Shown here: piece by piece, positions 49,903-59,256 of the stretch
How positions within the stretch are numbered: the first letter of the stretch is position 1
How the letters are laid out: every line of letters begins with the position of its first letter
Source: Gammaproteobacteria bacterium
Lineage (GTDB): Bacteria > Pseudomonadota > Gammaproteobacteria > Eutrophobiales > Eutrophobiaceae
Length of the DNA: 64,000 bases
Reading direction: 5' to 3'
NCBI GenBank assembly: GCA_965222155.1
Contig: CBDCTH010000012.1
Location: 736,001-800,000, forward strand
The notes under the pieces: generated by a model
Told to the model about the DNA's origin: nothing
Databases searched by the model: none
Seen by the model: the letters and a program-made list of their open reading frames with translations, nothing else
Translations under genes and position numbers: made by a program

Positions 49903-50904
49903 ATGCAGGCTAAATCGGTAATGGTTGTCGGCGCCGGGTCGTGGGGAACCGCACTGGCTTTGGTACTGGCGCGTAACGGGCATCGGACTTACCTGTGGGA
50001 CTGCCTGGCTTCACACGTGAAAAAGCTGAAAGCGGAAAGGTGTAACAATCACCATCTTCCCGGCCATTCTTTTCCTGACCCCTTGACAATCCTCCGCCGG
50101 TTTACGCCGTTGCCTGTGGGGGTAGGGCATATATTGATCGTGGCGCCGTGCGCCGGATTGATAGACGTATTGGCGGAGTTGCAATCCCTGCCTGAGAGGA
50201 ATTTCAAAATCTGCCTGGCCTGCAAGGGCATCGAGCCGAACACCTTGACATTGAACCATGTGCTGGTGGAGAAATACCTGCCCGGGGTGCCCGTCGCGGT
50301 GTTATCCGGCCCGTCATTCGCGCGGGAAGTGGCGCAAGGCTTGCCGACTGCGGTGACCATCGCCGCACAGAATTCGTCTGTTGCAACTGAATTTTCCACA
50401 TTGTTCCATTGTGAGGTATTCAGGACCTATACCCACGACGATATTATCGGTGTGCAAGTCGGTGGCGCGGTGAAGAACGTCATGGCAATTGCCGCCGGCA
50501 TTGCCGATGGCCTGCACTACGGCGCCAATACCCGGGCTGCGTTGATAGCCAGAGGACTGGCTGAGATCATGCGCCTGGGCCAGGCTATGGGCGCCAGGGT
50601 TGAGACCTTCATGGGTCTTGCCGGCCTGGGCGACCTGGCGCTGACCTGTACCGATGATCAATCCAGGAACAGACGGTTTGGCCTGGCCCTGGCCCAGGGC
50701 AAGACTCCGGAACAGGCAAAGGCGGATATCGGTCAGGCCGTTGAAGGGTTGCATACCGCCCGGGTCGTATGTGCACTGGCCGAGAAATACGCGGTGGATA
50801 TGCCCATCAGCAGACAGGTTCAGAACGTCATAGACGGTAAAGTTACCCCGCGCGAGGCTGTGCATGAATTACTTGTCCGGGAACCGAAGTCTGAGACGGG
50901 ATGA
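49903..50904 (+). CDS. gpsA: NAD(P)H-dependent glycerol-3-phosphate dehydrogenase
   Basis: GAGSWGTA, SGPSFA, KNVMAIAAG, GDLALTC...SRN. Confidence 0.96.
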   Translation: MQAKSVMVVGAGSWGTALALVLARNGHRTYLWDCLASHVKKLKAERCNNHHLPGHSFPDPLTILRRFTPLPVGVGHILIVAPCAGLIDVLAELQSLPERNFKICLACKGIEPNTLTLNHVLVEKYLPGVPVAVLSGPSFAREVAQGLPTAVTIAAQNSSVATEFSTLFHCEVFRTYTHDDIIGVQVGGAVKNVMAIAAGIADGLHYGANTRAALIARGLAEIMRLGQAMGARVETFMGLAGLGDLALTCTDDQSRNRRFGLALAQGKTPEQAKADIGQAVEGLHTARVVCALAEKYAVDMPISRQVQNVIDGKVTPREAVHELLVREPKSETG

Positions 50905-50910
50905 ACATTT

Positions 50911-51123
50911 TTAACATGGATGTACAGGATATACAGGATAATAAAAATCATATTAGTAAAGAGAGCTGATTTCTTTCTAAGCAGGGGCTGGAACCCATCA
51001 TTCCCGCCATTCCCGCGCAATCGGGAATCTGTTTTTGGATTAGATAGATACTGATTTATTTTTTCGGCAGCAGTCTGAAAGAAGAAAGTAAATCTCTTCT
51101 TGTATCCTGTACATCCATGTTAA
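50911..51123. repeat. Element with perfect 21-bp terminal IR and nested family E-like hairpin
   Basis: TTAACATGGATGTACAGGATA ... TATCCTGTACATCCATGTTAA. Confidence 0.78.
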
Positions 51124-51941
51124 TTCCCTGCTTTTTTCGCTGGACGTTGCAATAATTCAACGGCGATCAGCAGGAGGACAGCAATCAGGATCAGGAAGGT
51201 CGCAGCGGCCAGGATGGCCGGACTGATCTCTTCGCGTATGCCGGACCACATCTCACGCGGGATGGTACGCTGCTCAATTCCACCCATGAACAGCACGATC
51301 ACCACTTCGTCGAGTGACGCGGCAAAAGCAAACAAGGCGCCGGAAATGACGCCCGGGCTGATGATTGGTAACTGGACCCTGAAGAAGCTGTACGCCGGCC
51401 CGGCGCCGAGACTGGCTGCCGCCAGCAGGAGTTCGCGGTTGAAACCGGCCATGGACGCGGTCACCGTGATCACGACAAAAGGCGCGCCCAGGACCGCGTG
51501 AGACAGGATCAGTGCGGTGTAGGTTTGGGTCAGGTTCAGGCTGGAATAGAAGAAGAACATGCCGGCGGCAGTGATGACTATGGGCACGATGAGAGGGGAA
51601 ATCAGCAGCGCAGTCAGGGGGCGGCGCCAGGGCAGCGCCGGGCTGGACAGGCCCAGAGCAGCTAACGTACCCAGGATCGTCGCCAGGACAGCTGCTGAAA
51701 AACCGATAATGACCGTATTCAGCGCGGCGCTTTGCCATTGCTCACCGAAAATAACCTGTTTATACCAGCGCAGGGAATAAGCATCCGGGTTTAATTCCAG
51801 CATGCCCCTGGTGAAAGTAAAGTAAGGTTCTGCGTTAAAGGACAGGGGGATAATGACCAGGATCGGCGCGATCAGGAACAGGAACGCCAAGCCGCAGAAT
51901 ATACGCAGCGCCCAGTGTCCCGGATTAAACCGCATTCTCAC
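51120..51941 (-). CDS. Polyamine-type ABC permease (PotC-like)
   Basis: AAASLGA, SLDEVV, TM helices. Confidence 0.9.
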   Translation of the reverse strand: MRMRFNPGHWALRIFCGLAFLFLIAPILVIIPLSFNAEPYFTFTRGMLELNPDAYSLRWYKQVIFGEQWQSAALNTVIIGFSAAVLATILGTLAALGLSSPALPWRRPLTALLISPLIVPIVITAAGMFFFYSSLNLTQTYTALILSHAVLGAPFVVITVTASMAGFNRELLLAAASLGAGPAYSFFRVQLPIISPGVISGALFAFAASLDEVVIVLFMGGIEQRTIPREMWSGIREEISPAILAAATFLILIAVLLLIAVELLQRPAKKAGN

Positions 51942-51962
51942 CGTTTCTCCCGGTATGCCGGA

Positions 51963-53153
51963 TCATGCACCCAATCTCATTCGATCCAGACCCAATACGC
52001 GATCGTAGACCAGGAACACCAACAATACGGCGACAAACAGGACACCCCCCAGGGCAGCGGCCAGGCCCCAGTTCAGCGAAGTCTGTATATGATAGGCGAT
52101 AAAGTTAGAGATCAGTTGGCCGCTCTGCCCACCCACCAGCGCCGGGGTGATGTAGTAGCCTATAGCCAGAATGAATACCAGCAGACAACCGGCACCGACG
52201 CCCGGCAGGGACTGCGGCAGGTAGATCTGGCGGAAGGCCCTGGGCCAACTTGCTCCCAGTGACGCGGCGGCTTGCATCTGTACTGCGGGGATCCCTCTCA
52301 TAACGGAATAAAGCGGCAGGATCATGAAGGGTAACAGTACATGCGTCATGGCTACCAGGGTACCGGTCATATTGTGGACCAGGGTCAGTCTTTGATCGTC
52401 GGCGACCAGCCCGAACCAGACCAGTATATCGTTGAGCACGCCTTGTTGCTGTAACAGCACGATCCAGGACGTGGTGCGCACCAGCAGCGAGGTCCAGAAC
52501 GGCACCAGTACCAGCACCAGCAGCAGGCGGCCGCGCCGGGGCGGTGAATGGGCAATAAGATAAGCGACCGGGTAGCCTATCACCAGGCACAGCAGGGTGA
52601 TGGTCAGGCTGACCCGGATGGTCTTGATGAACAGGGCCGTATAGATACGGCGCTGCTCCGGTTGCCGGGCAATCCCACCGTCGCCGGCAAGTGTCAGGTC
52701 CACGGCATTCAGGTAATAGACAGGCGTCACCCGCGCGCCGGTCCGGACCAGTGTCTGCCAGATCTCCGGTCCTCCCCAGGCCGGGTGTATGTCCGGCAGG
52801 GATTCGGACCAGGGTGATTTCCCCTTGCGTTGCAACCCTTTGCCGGTACGCATGATCACACTACGCAGACCGGACGCGTCCCGATTCAGCCGGGTTGCAA
52901 GTTTGCCGATGGTCTTCTCAGCCCGCGCCTGCACAAGTTCCCGGGCTGCCAGTGCGTAAACCTGCTCCGACGGCAGGCCCGTTCTGTCCCATTCCCCCAG
53001 TGCGGCGATGGTTCCGGGCATGATGTCGGCGACCAGGGGATCGTACAGGCTGCGTAAAAACATGCTGCCCAGGGGCGCAACAAAGGTCACGATGATGAAC
53101 AGGGTCAGCGGCAGCGCCAGCAACATGGCGCCGGTACGCGGTTTAGTTATCAT
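51963..53153 (-). CDS. Polyamine-type ABC permease (PotB-like)
   Basis: PFWTSLLVR, LPFMILPLY, GYYITPALVGG. Confidence 0.9.
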   Translation of the reverse strand: MITKPRTGAMLLALPLTLFIIVTFVAPLGSMFLRSLYDPLVADIMPGTIAALGEWDRTGLPSEQVYALAARELVQARAEKTIGKLATRLNRDASGLRSVIMRTGKGLQRKGKSPWSESLPDIHPAWGGPEIWQTLVRTGARVTPVYYLNAVDLTLAGDGGIARQPEQRRIYTALFIKTIRVSLTITLLCLVIGYPVAYLIAHSPPRRGRLLLVLVLVPFWTSLLVRTTSWIVLLQQQGVLNDILVWFGLVADDQRLTLVHNMTGTLVAMTHVLLPFMILPLYSVMRGIPAVQMQAAASLGASWPRAFRQIYLPQSLPGVGAGCLLVFILAIGYYITPALVGGQSGQLISNFIAYHIQTSLNWGLAAALGGVLFVAVLLVFLVYDRVLGLDRMRLGA

Positions 53154-53280
53154 TTTTTTCCACAGAGGACACAGAGATCACAGAGTGTTCATATAATATC
53201 TACCCGAGTCCGGCATGAAGGTGGTGTGCGGTTCGTGTATGACGGACAAACCTGTCTCATTATTTGCGTCATCTGCGGAT

Positions 53281-54381
53281 TTATCTTGTCAACCAGGCGG
53301 CAAAGCGTTCGTTCATCTCATCCTGGTTGTCGGCCCACCATTCCGGGTCTTCCACAATTGCGTTTGCCAGGTTCTGTGGCGAATTGGGCAGGTGCGGTGC
53401 CATGTCTATGCCTGTCTCCAGGTGTTTGTCCACCAGCGCCAGGGATGAATTGCGCAGGGGGCCGTAGGAAATATATTTAGTCACGTTGGCCAGAGACCGG
53501 GTGCTGGTGGCGAATGCGACAAACTGCCGGGCCAGCTCCAGTTTGGGTGTACCGGCGACGATGACCTGGTATCCCGTGGCAAGTAATTGACCATCCCAGA
53601 CGATGATCAGCGGTTGATTTTCCAGGGCCCAGGCGTTAAAAATACGCCCGTTAAAGGCGCTGCTCATGATGACCTCGCCGTCAGCCAGCATCTGCGGCGG
53701 TTGCGCTCCCGCCTCCCACCAGACGACCTGGTTTTTAATGGAATCGAGTTTGCGGAATGCGCGGGCGATGCCTTCCTCAGAGGAGAGGACGTTGTAGACC
53801 TGATCGGCCGCTACCCCGTCCCCAACCAGGGCGAATTCCAGGTTCGCGTTGGGCGCCCGGCGCATACCCCGGCGTCCCGGGAATTTCTCCAGGTCGAAGA
53901 AATCGCTCATTGTCGTCGGCTTGAGTCCGGGGAAGCGGCTGTCGTTATATGCGAACACCGTGCTGTATATTATGTTTTTCACGCCGCAGTCAACACCATA
54001 TACGTCCAGGAAATCCTCTGTCGCAGGGGTGCCATCCGGCGCCGGGGGGAGGGTTTCGTAATCGACTGTTTCCAGCAGCCCCTCATCACAACCCAACAGC
54101 GCATCACCGGCCTCCATGTCGATCACGTCCCAGGTCACGTTGCCGGTCTCAGCCTGCGCCCTGACCTGGGCGAGGCCACCGTTATACTCATCCAGTTTGA
54201 TGCGGATGCCGGTCTCCTCGACAAAGCGGTGATGAAATGCCTTGACGGAACTCCTGGCATAGGAACCGCCCCAGGATACGACGGTGATGAATTTTTCTTC
54301 CGCGCTGACCGGGATGGCCATGAGACATAGTGTTAAGGACCATGTTGCATTGAGCAGGACTGATGTCTTGATGGTATTCAA
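53281..54381 (-). CDS. Polyamine-type ABC substrate-binding protein
   Basis: VSWGGSY, WDVID, CDEGLLE, FFDLEKFPGRR. Confidence 0.9.
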   Translation of the reverse strand: MNTIKTSVLLNATWSLTLCLMAIPVSAEEKFITVVSWGGSYARSSVKAFHHRFVEETGIRIKLDEYNGGLAQVRAQAETGNVTWDVIDMEAGDALLGCDEGLLETVDYETLPPAPDGTPATEDFLDVYGVDCGVKNIIYSTVFAYNDSRFPGLKPTTMSDFFDLEKFPGRRGMRRAPNANLEFALVGDGVAADQVYNVLSSEEGIARAFRKLDSIKNQVVWWEAGAQPPQMLADGEVIMSSAFNGRIFNAWALENQPLIIVWDGQLLATGYQVIVAGTPKLELARQFVAFATSTRSLANVTKYISYGPLRNSSLALVDKHLETGIDMAPHLPNSPQNLANAIVEDPEWWADNQDEMNERFAAWLTR

Positions 54382-54403
54382 CAGATTTCCTCCTGTAGGA
54401 TAA

Positions 54404-54491
54404 GGGGACGGATTTCAAATCCGTCCCCGGTGAGAACTCAAAAATATACCACAACACCTGTTGTGCTTGTATTTTTACTCTGGCCCCAATA
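54404..54491. repeat. Composite of family C REP and family D arm
   Basis: GGGGACGGATTTCAAATCCGTCCCC ... GTATTTTTACTCTGGCCCCAATAT. Confidence 0.75.
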
Positions 54492-54497
54492 TCCCAG

Positions 54498-55604
54498 TCA
54501 TAGCGCCGACTGACGGAGGTCCAGCGCCCGGCAATCGGTGACCAGCCAGCCCAGTGTGACCGTATCCCCCGGCAGGATGCCGCCATGACCGATGATATTG
54601 GGGATCTTAACGATAAACTGGCAGCCCCCGAAGAGCGTAGCATGAATGCGCAGGTGATCACCCATGAAAATAATGTCTTCCACTTCGGCTTCGAAGCAAT
54701 TGGGATAAAGGTCCGGTGCGGGGTTCAGCACCACTCTTTCAGGACGGATGGTAAGACAGGCTTGCGCGTCGTTTTCAGCAACGGCCACGGGGAATGCCCT
54801 GACGGTTTGTCCCGCCACCTCTACCTGGCACTCATTGGGGTTCCAGTCTACTATCCGTCCCTCTACCTGGTTGTTCTCGCCGATGAAATTAGCTACGAAC
54901 AAGCGTTGCGGTTCCTCATACAGGGCCTCCGGCGGAGCCACCTGGCAGATACGGCCCTGTTCCATCACCGCGACTCGGTCAGATAACACCATGGCTTCAT
55001 TCTGGTCGTGGGTCACGTAGATCATCGTCACCTCCAAGCGTTGCTGCAGGCGCCGGATCTCGTACTGCATTTCCTCCCGCAGGCGCCGGTCCAGGGCACC
55101 CAGGGGTTCGTCCATCAACACCAGGTCCGGTTCGAACACCAGGGCACGGGCAATCGCAACCCGTTGTTGTTGGCCACCGGACAGTTGCGCCGGCCGGCGC
55201 TCGGCGAAATCCCGGAGTTGTACCAAATCCAGCGCCCGCATGACGCTGCGGGTGAGATCGTCCCTGGCGACGCGGCGCGCCTGTAAAGGAAAAGCAAGGT
55301 TTTCGGCAATCGTCATGTGGGGAAACAGGGCATAATGCTGAAATACGACACCGATGTTCCTTTTCCAGGCCTTGACCTGGTTGACGGGGCGCCCATTCAG
55401 CCAGATTTCACCGCTGCTGGGTTCCTCAAAGCCGGCCAGCATCTTCAGGCAGGTAGTCTTGCCCGACCCGGATGGTCCGAGCAGGGTAACGAATTCGCCG
55501 CGGTTAATGCTCAGGCTGAAGTCCCTGACAGAAAACGTCCATCCGTCGTAGCTCTTGCTGACTTCCGAGAACTCTACGAAAGCGTGGTTATGACTGTCTG
55601 GCAT
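54498..55604 (-). CDS. Polyamine-type ABC ATP-binding protein (PotA-like)
   Basis: GPSGSGKT, LSGGQQQR, MDEPLGALD, VTHDQ. Confidence 0.93.
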   Translation of the reverse strand: MPDSHNHAFVEFSEVSKSYDGWTFSVRDFSLSINRGEFVTLLGPSGSGKTTCLKMLAGFEEPSSGEIWLNGRPVNQVKAWKRNIGVVFQHYALFPHMTIAENLAFPLQARRVARDDLTRSVMRALDLVQLRDFAERRPAQLSGGQQQRVAIARALVFEPDLVLMDEPLGALDRRLREEMQYEIRRLQQRLEVTMIYVTHDQNEAMVLSDRVAVMEQGRICQVAPPEALYEEPQRLFVANFIGENNQVEGRIVDWNPNECQVEVAGQTVRAFPVAVAENDAQACLTIRPERVVLNPAPDLYPNCFEAEVEDIIFMGDHLRIHATLFGGCQFIVKIPNIIGHGGILPGDTVTLGWLVTDCRALDLRQSAL

Positions 55605-55684
55605 TGGTCCGGTAAATGAAAACGCAGGGATTTTTTCAATATCCGGGGTAAAATACACTATTGCGTGAATTTTCTGAAGTCAGA

Positions 55685-55743
55685 TATTTGGGGTCAGAGT
55701 AAAATTCACAGAGAGAACGGGGACGGATTTCAAATCCGTCCCC
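55685..55743. repeat. Composite of family D arm and family C REP
   Basis: ATTTGGGGTCAGAGTAAAA ... GGGGACGGATTTCAAATCCGTCCCC. Confidence 0.75.
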
Positions 55744-55760
55744 GGCATGCCGCATAAGCC

Positions 55761-56726
55761 ATGATACAAAAAGAACAAGGTCCCACGCCGGACATTGATA
55801 AGAGACTGGCCGTCGATTTCTGCGGCATGCGCTTCGACACGCCGCTGGTTTTACTGTCCGGCTGTGTCGGTTTCGGCGAAGAGTATACCCGGGTAAAAGG
55901 GTTTTCCAACCGGGATGCCGGCGCCATCTGCCTGAAAGGAACGACGCTGGAACCGCGCCTCGGCAACCCTTCGCACCGGGTTGCAGAAACCTGGATGGGT
56001 ATGTTGAACTCCATCGGTCTACAAAATCCCGGGGCGAGAGAGGTTGTAGATGAATACCTGCCAAAGCTGGATTTTTCCGAGACCCGGTTTATTGCCAATG
56101 TCTGCGGCTCCACGGTTGAAGAATACGCGGCAGTGACCCGTATTTTCGATAATTCACCCATCGACGCTATTGAGGTCAATATTTCCTGTCCGAATATCAA
56201 GGAGGGTGGCGTCAGCTTCGGCAATTACCCGGAGATGTCGGCGCAGGTCGTGGCAGCGTGCCGGCGCGAGACCGATAAACCGCTCATCACCAAACTGTCG
56301 CCGAACCAGACGGATATCGTGGAGAATGCGCGCCGGTGCATTGCCGCCGGCAGTGACGCCCTGGCAGTGATTAACACCATCACGGGTATGGCTGTCGACC
56401 TGGACAAGGGCGAACCGGTTATCGGCACTAACCAGGGAGGGTTATCCGGCCCGGCAATCAAGCCCATTGCGCTGCTCAAGACCTGGCAGATTTACCAGGT
56501 ATGCAGGGAGAAGAATATACCGATAATCGGGCAGGGCGGGATCGCGTCGGCAAACGACGCCCTGGAATTTATCCTGGCCGGGGCAAGCGCCGTAGGCATC
56601 GGCACAGCGCTGTTTTATGACCCCCTGGTGTGTAAAACGATCAATGCCGGTATCGTGCAATACCTGGACGAACACGGGTTCGACAACGTCGCGGAACTGG
56701 TAGGAACTTTGAAGATAAGAACCTGA
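55761..56726 (+). CDS. pyrD: Class 1 (1B-like) dihydroorotate dehydrogenase catalytic subunit
   Basis: MLNSIGLQNPG, NISCPN, KLSPN, INT, GGLSGPAIKP. Confidence 0.88.
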   Translation: MIQKEQGPTPDIDKRLAVDFCGMRFDTPLVLLSGCVGFGEEYTRVKGFSNRDAGAICLKGTTLEPRLGNPSHRVAETWMGMLNSIGLQNPGAREVVDEYLPKLDFSETRFIANVCGSTVEEYAAVTRIFDNSPIDAIEVNISCPNIKEGGVSFGNYPEMSAQVVAACRRETDKPLITKLSPNQTDIVENARRCIAAGSDALAVINTITGMAVDLDKGEPVIGTNQGGLSGPAIKPIALLKTWQIYQVCREKNIPIIGQGGIASANDALEFILAGASAVGIGTALFYDPLVCKTINAGIVQYLDEHGFDNVAELVGTLKIRT

Positions 56727-56727
56727 T

Positions 56728-56853
56728 AAATCCGCAGATAACGCAGATGGACGCAGATAATATGTTGATGTTTTATATTGTAGGCATGATTCCGGGGCAG
56801 GCTTCAGCGACACTCTGATATCATCTGCGTTAATCTGCGTCATCTGCAGATGA
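56728..56853. repeat. Complete family B element between convergent pyrD and TPR gene
   Basis: ATCCGCAGATAACGCAGATGGACGCAGAT ... ATCTGCGTTAATCTGCGTCATCTGCAGAT. Confidence 0.8.
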
Positions 56854-57174
56854 ATCAACAACGGATTGTTTTTCAAGCCGGCGCAGAAAGACAGTCATCT
56901 CTTTCGCCGCCTGGATATCACCCCGTTCCGAAGCAATCCCGATACCTCGTTTTAACGCTGCCGCAGCCTCGGATATTTTCCCGGCCGCACTCAGGGTACG
57001 GCCGTAAATTTTCCATGCTGCCGAATAACCGGGGTCGAGTTCAACGGCCTTGGCCAGGTGTGGTTCAGCCCCTGCGTAATCCTTCTGTTGAAACAGGATA
57101 TTGCCCAGGGTGAAGCGCAGCAGGGCGTTATCTACACCACCGGCCAGCATTGCTTCAAGTTTTGCAATATCCAT
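56830..57174 (-). CDS. Small TPR protein
   Basis: DNALLRFTLG, DPGYSAAWK, GDIQAAKEM.VFLRRL. Confidence 0.85.
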   Translation of the reverse strand: MDIAKLEAMLAGGVDNALLRFTLGNILFQQKDYAGAEPHLAKAVELDPGYSAAWKIYGRTLSAAGKISEAAAALKRGIGIASERGDIQAAKEMTVFLRRLEKQSVVDSSADDAD

Positions 57175-57218
57175 GAAATTTACCGTTCGGGGACGGATTT
57201 AAATCCGTCCCCGGCATA

Positions 57219-57797
57219 CTATCTTTTTTGCGCCACCAGCATGGCCTCGTTCCTGAAACCCTGGCCGGTATTGCCCACGTTTCCCTCTTCATGGTAGTAA
57301 ATCAGGTGCAACGACCGGAACAGGCGTAGCAATTCATTGGCCTCCAGGCGGTACGCCGGGTTGCGCGGGCCGGTATCGGATACTTTTTCCCGGATGAAAG
57401 TCTGGTAGAACAGTAAACCGTGTTCTCTCAACGCCGCGCTGATAGCCGGGGCCAGGGCCCTGTCCAGGAAACGGCTGACGACGATAATGTTGAAGGACGC
57501 CGGTGCCGGCAGGTCTGCCGTCACGTCGCGCTGTTCCGCGGTCAGCGGCAGCCCGCGCCGGATTGCCAGGTCTGCCAGTGCTTGTATCGCCACCGCGGAG
57601 ATATCCCAGGCCCGGGTGGCGTAACCCCGGGCGGCAAGGTACATAGCGTTGGCGCCGCGTCCGCAGGCCAGGTCCAGGGCGTCACCCGCGCCAGGCAGTA
57701 AATGGGAATGGGATAGCAGTACCCGGCAGGGTTTCCCGGTCTCAGCAGCAGTGTTGCCATAGATATGATCCCATTTAACTTGATCCAGTGTGTTCAT
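57219..57797 (-). CDS. Class I SAM-dependent methyltransferase (TehB-like)
   Basis: ALDLACGRGANA, WDIS; start at ATG 57797 overlapping the trkH stop. Confidence 0.85.
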   Translation of the reverse strand: MNTLDQVKWDHIYGNTAAETGKPCRVLLSHSHLLPGAGDALDLACGRGANAMYLAARGYATRAWDISAVAIQALADLAIRRGLPLTAEQRDVTADLPAPASFNIIVVSRFLDRALAPAISAALREHGLLFYQTFIREKVSDTGPRNPAYRLEANELLRLFRSLHLIYYHEEGNVGNTGQGFRNEAMLVAQKR

Positions 57798-59248
57798 TAC
57801 TTGCGCCAGAAAGTCGGTGTCAGCAGGACCAGCAAGGTGAAGATTTCCAGTCGCCCCAGCAGCATGGCAAGGCACAGCAGCCATTTGGACATGTCATTGA
57901 TACCGGTATAATGGGCGCCGACCTCTCCCAGGCCCGGTCCCAGGTTGTTAAGACAGGCAGCCACTGCGGAAAATGCCGTAATCTGGTCCAGGCCGGTAGC
58001 CATGAGCAGGATCAGTAACAGGGCAAAGACGGCCACGTATGCTGCAAAGAAACCCCATACGGCGTTGATAACGGATTCATCGACTGGTTTACCGCCCAGT
58101 TTAATCTGAATGACGGCGTTGGGGTGGACCAGCCGCCTGATCTCCCTCCTGCCCTGCTTGTACAGGAGTACTACCCTGATGACTTTCAGACCACCCCCCG
58201 TCGAACCGGCACAAGCGCCAACGAAACTGGCAAATATCAGCAACACCGGCAGAAACGTCGGCCAGTCCTGGTAGGTGGTGGTGGTGAAGCCTGTCGTTGT
58301 TGCGATGGATACGGACTGGAATATTCCATGACTGAGCGTGCCCAGAGTATCGCCGTAGGTTGCCTTCAGGCTCAGGTAGACGCAGGTAATCACGCACAGG
58401 ACAAGCAATACACCCATGAACGCTTTTACCTCGGAGTCCTTCCGGTAAGTATTAAGGCTCAATGAGCGCCAACCGATAAAATGCAGGGTAAAGTTGATGC
58501 CCGCGATCAACATGAAGATCACTGCTACCGCGTTGATCAACTCACTGTCGAAATAGCCCATGCTGCGATCGTGGGTCGAGAAGCCACCGATGGATACCGT
58601 TGAGAAACTGTGGCTGACGGCGTCGAATAACGACATCCCGGCAAACCAGTACATGAGCGCGCAGGCAATCGTCAGGGACAGGTAGATATACCAGAGCGCC
58701 TTGGCCGTCTCGGTGATCCTGGGCGTCAGTTTCGAGTCTTTTATCGGCCCAGGCGTCTCTGCACGGTAAAGCTGCATTCCCCCGATGCCCAGCATGGGCA
58801 GGATGGCCACTGCCAGTACGATAATCCCCATTCCACCCAGCCATTGCAGTTCATGCCGGTAGAACAGGATGGATTTCGGCAGGTGATCGAGGCCCATAAT
58901 CACCGTGGCGCCGGTCGTGGTCAAACCGGAAACGGATTCGAATAACGAATCGGTAAATGACATGTCGGGATAGGACGCGAGCAGGAAGGGCATGGCGCCG
59001 ATCAGACCCAGTCCTGCCCAGAACAATACCACGACGATGAATCCGTCGCGCAGGCGTAATTCCTTATTGACCTTATGCACCGGCAGCCACAGGAATGCAC
59101 CGATGCAGAGTATAAGCATGAAGCACAGCATGAATGTCTTGACTGTCTTATCCTGATACCACAGCGCAATGCTCAGGGGCGGCAACATGGTGATACTGAA
59201 CAGCATCAGCAACAACCCCAGGATTTTCTGGATAACGAGAAGTTGCAT
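57797..59248 (-). CDS. trkH: Trk potassium uptake membrane protein
   Basis: SGLTTTGAT, GGFS, TTTGF, GSTGGG, GRLE. Confidence 0.96.
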   Translation of the reverse strand: MQLLVIQKILGLLLMLFSITMLPPLSIALWYQDKTVKTFMLCFMLILCIGAFLWLPVHKVNKELRLRDGFIVVVLFWAGLGLIGAMPFLLASYPDMSFTDSLFESVSGLTTTGATVIMGLDHLPKSILFYRHELQWLGGMGIIVLAVAILPMLGIGGMQLYRAETPGPIKDSKLTPRITETAKALWYIYLSLTIACALMYWFAGMSLFDAVSHSFSTVSIGGFSTHDRSMGYFDSELINAVAVIFMLIAGINFTLHFIGWRSLSLNTYRKDSEVKAFMGVLLVLCVITCVYLSLKATYGDTLGTLSHGIFQSVSIATTTGFTTTTYQDWPTFLPVLLIFASFVGACAGSTGGGLKVIRVVLLYKQGRREIRRLVHPNAVIQIKLGGKPVDESVINAVWGFFAAYVAVFALLLILLMATGLDQITAFSAVAACLNNLGPGLGEVGAHYTGINDMSKWLLCLAMLLGRLEIFTLLVLLTPTFWRK

Positions 59249-59256
59249 GAATGGAA

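Noticed and set aside
57798-57884. Methyltransferase start at 57884
   Set aside because: Overlaps trkH; the ATG at 57797 couples cleanly to the trkH stop
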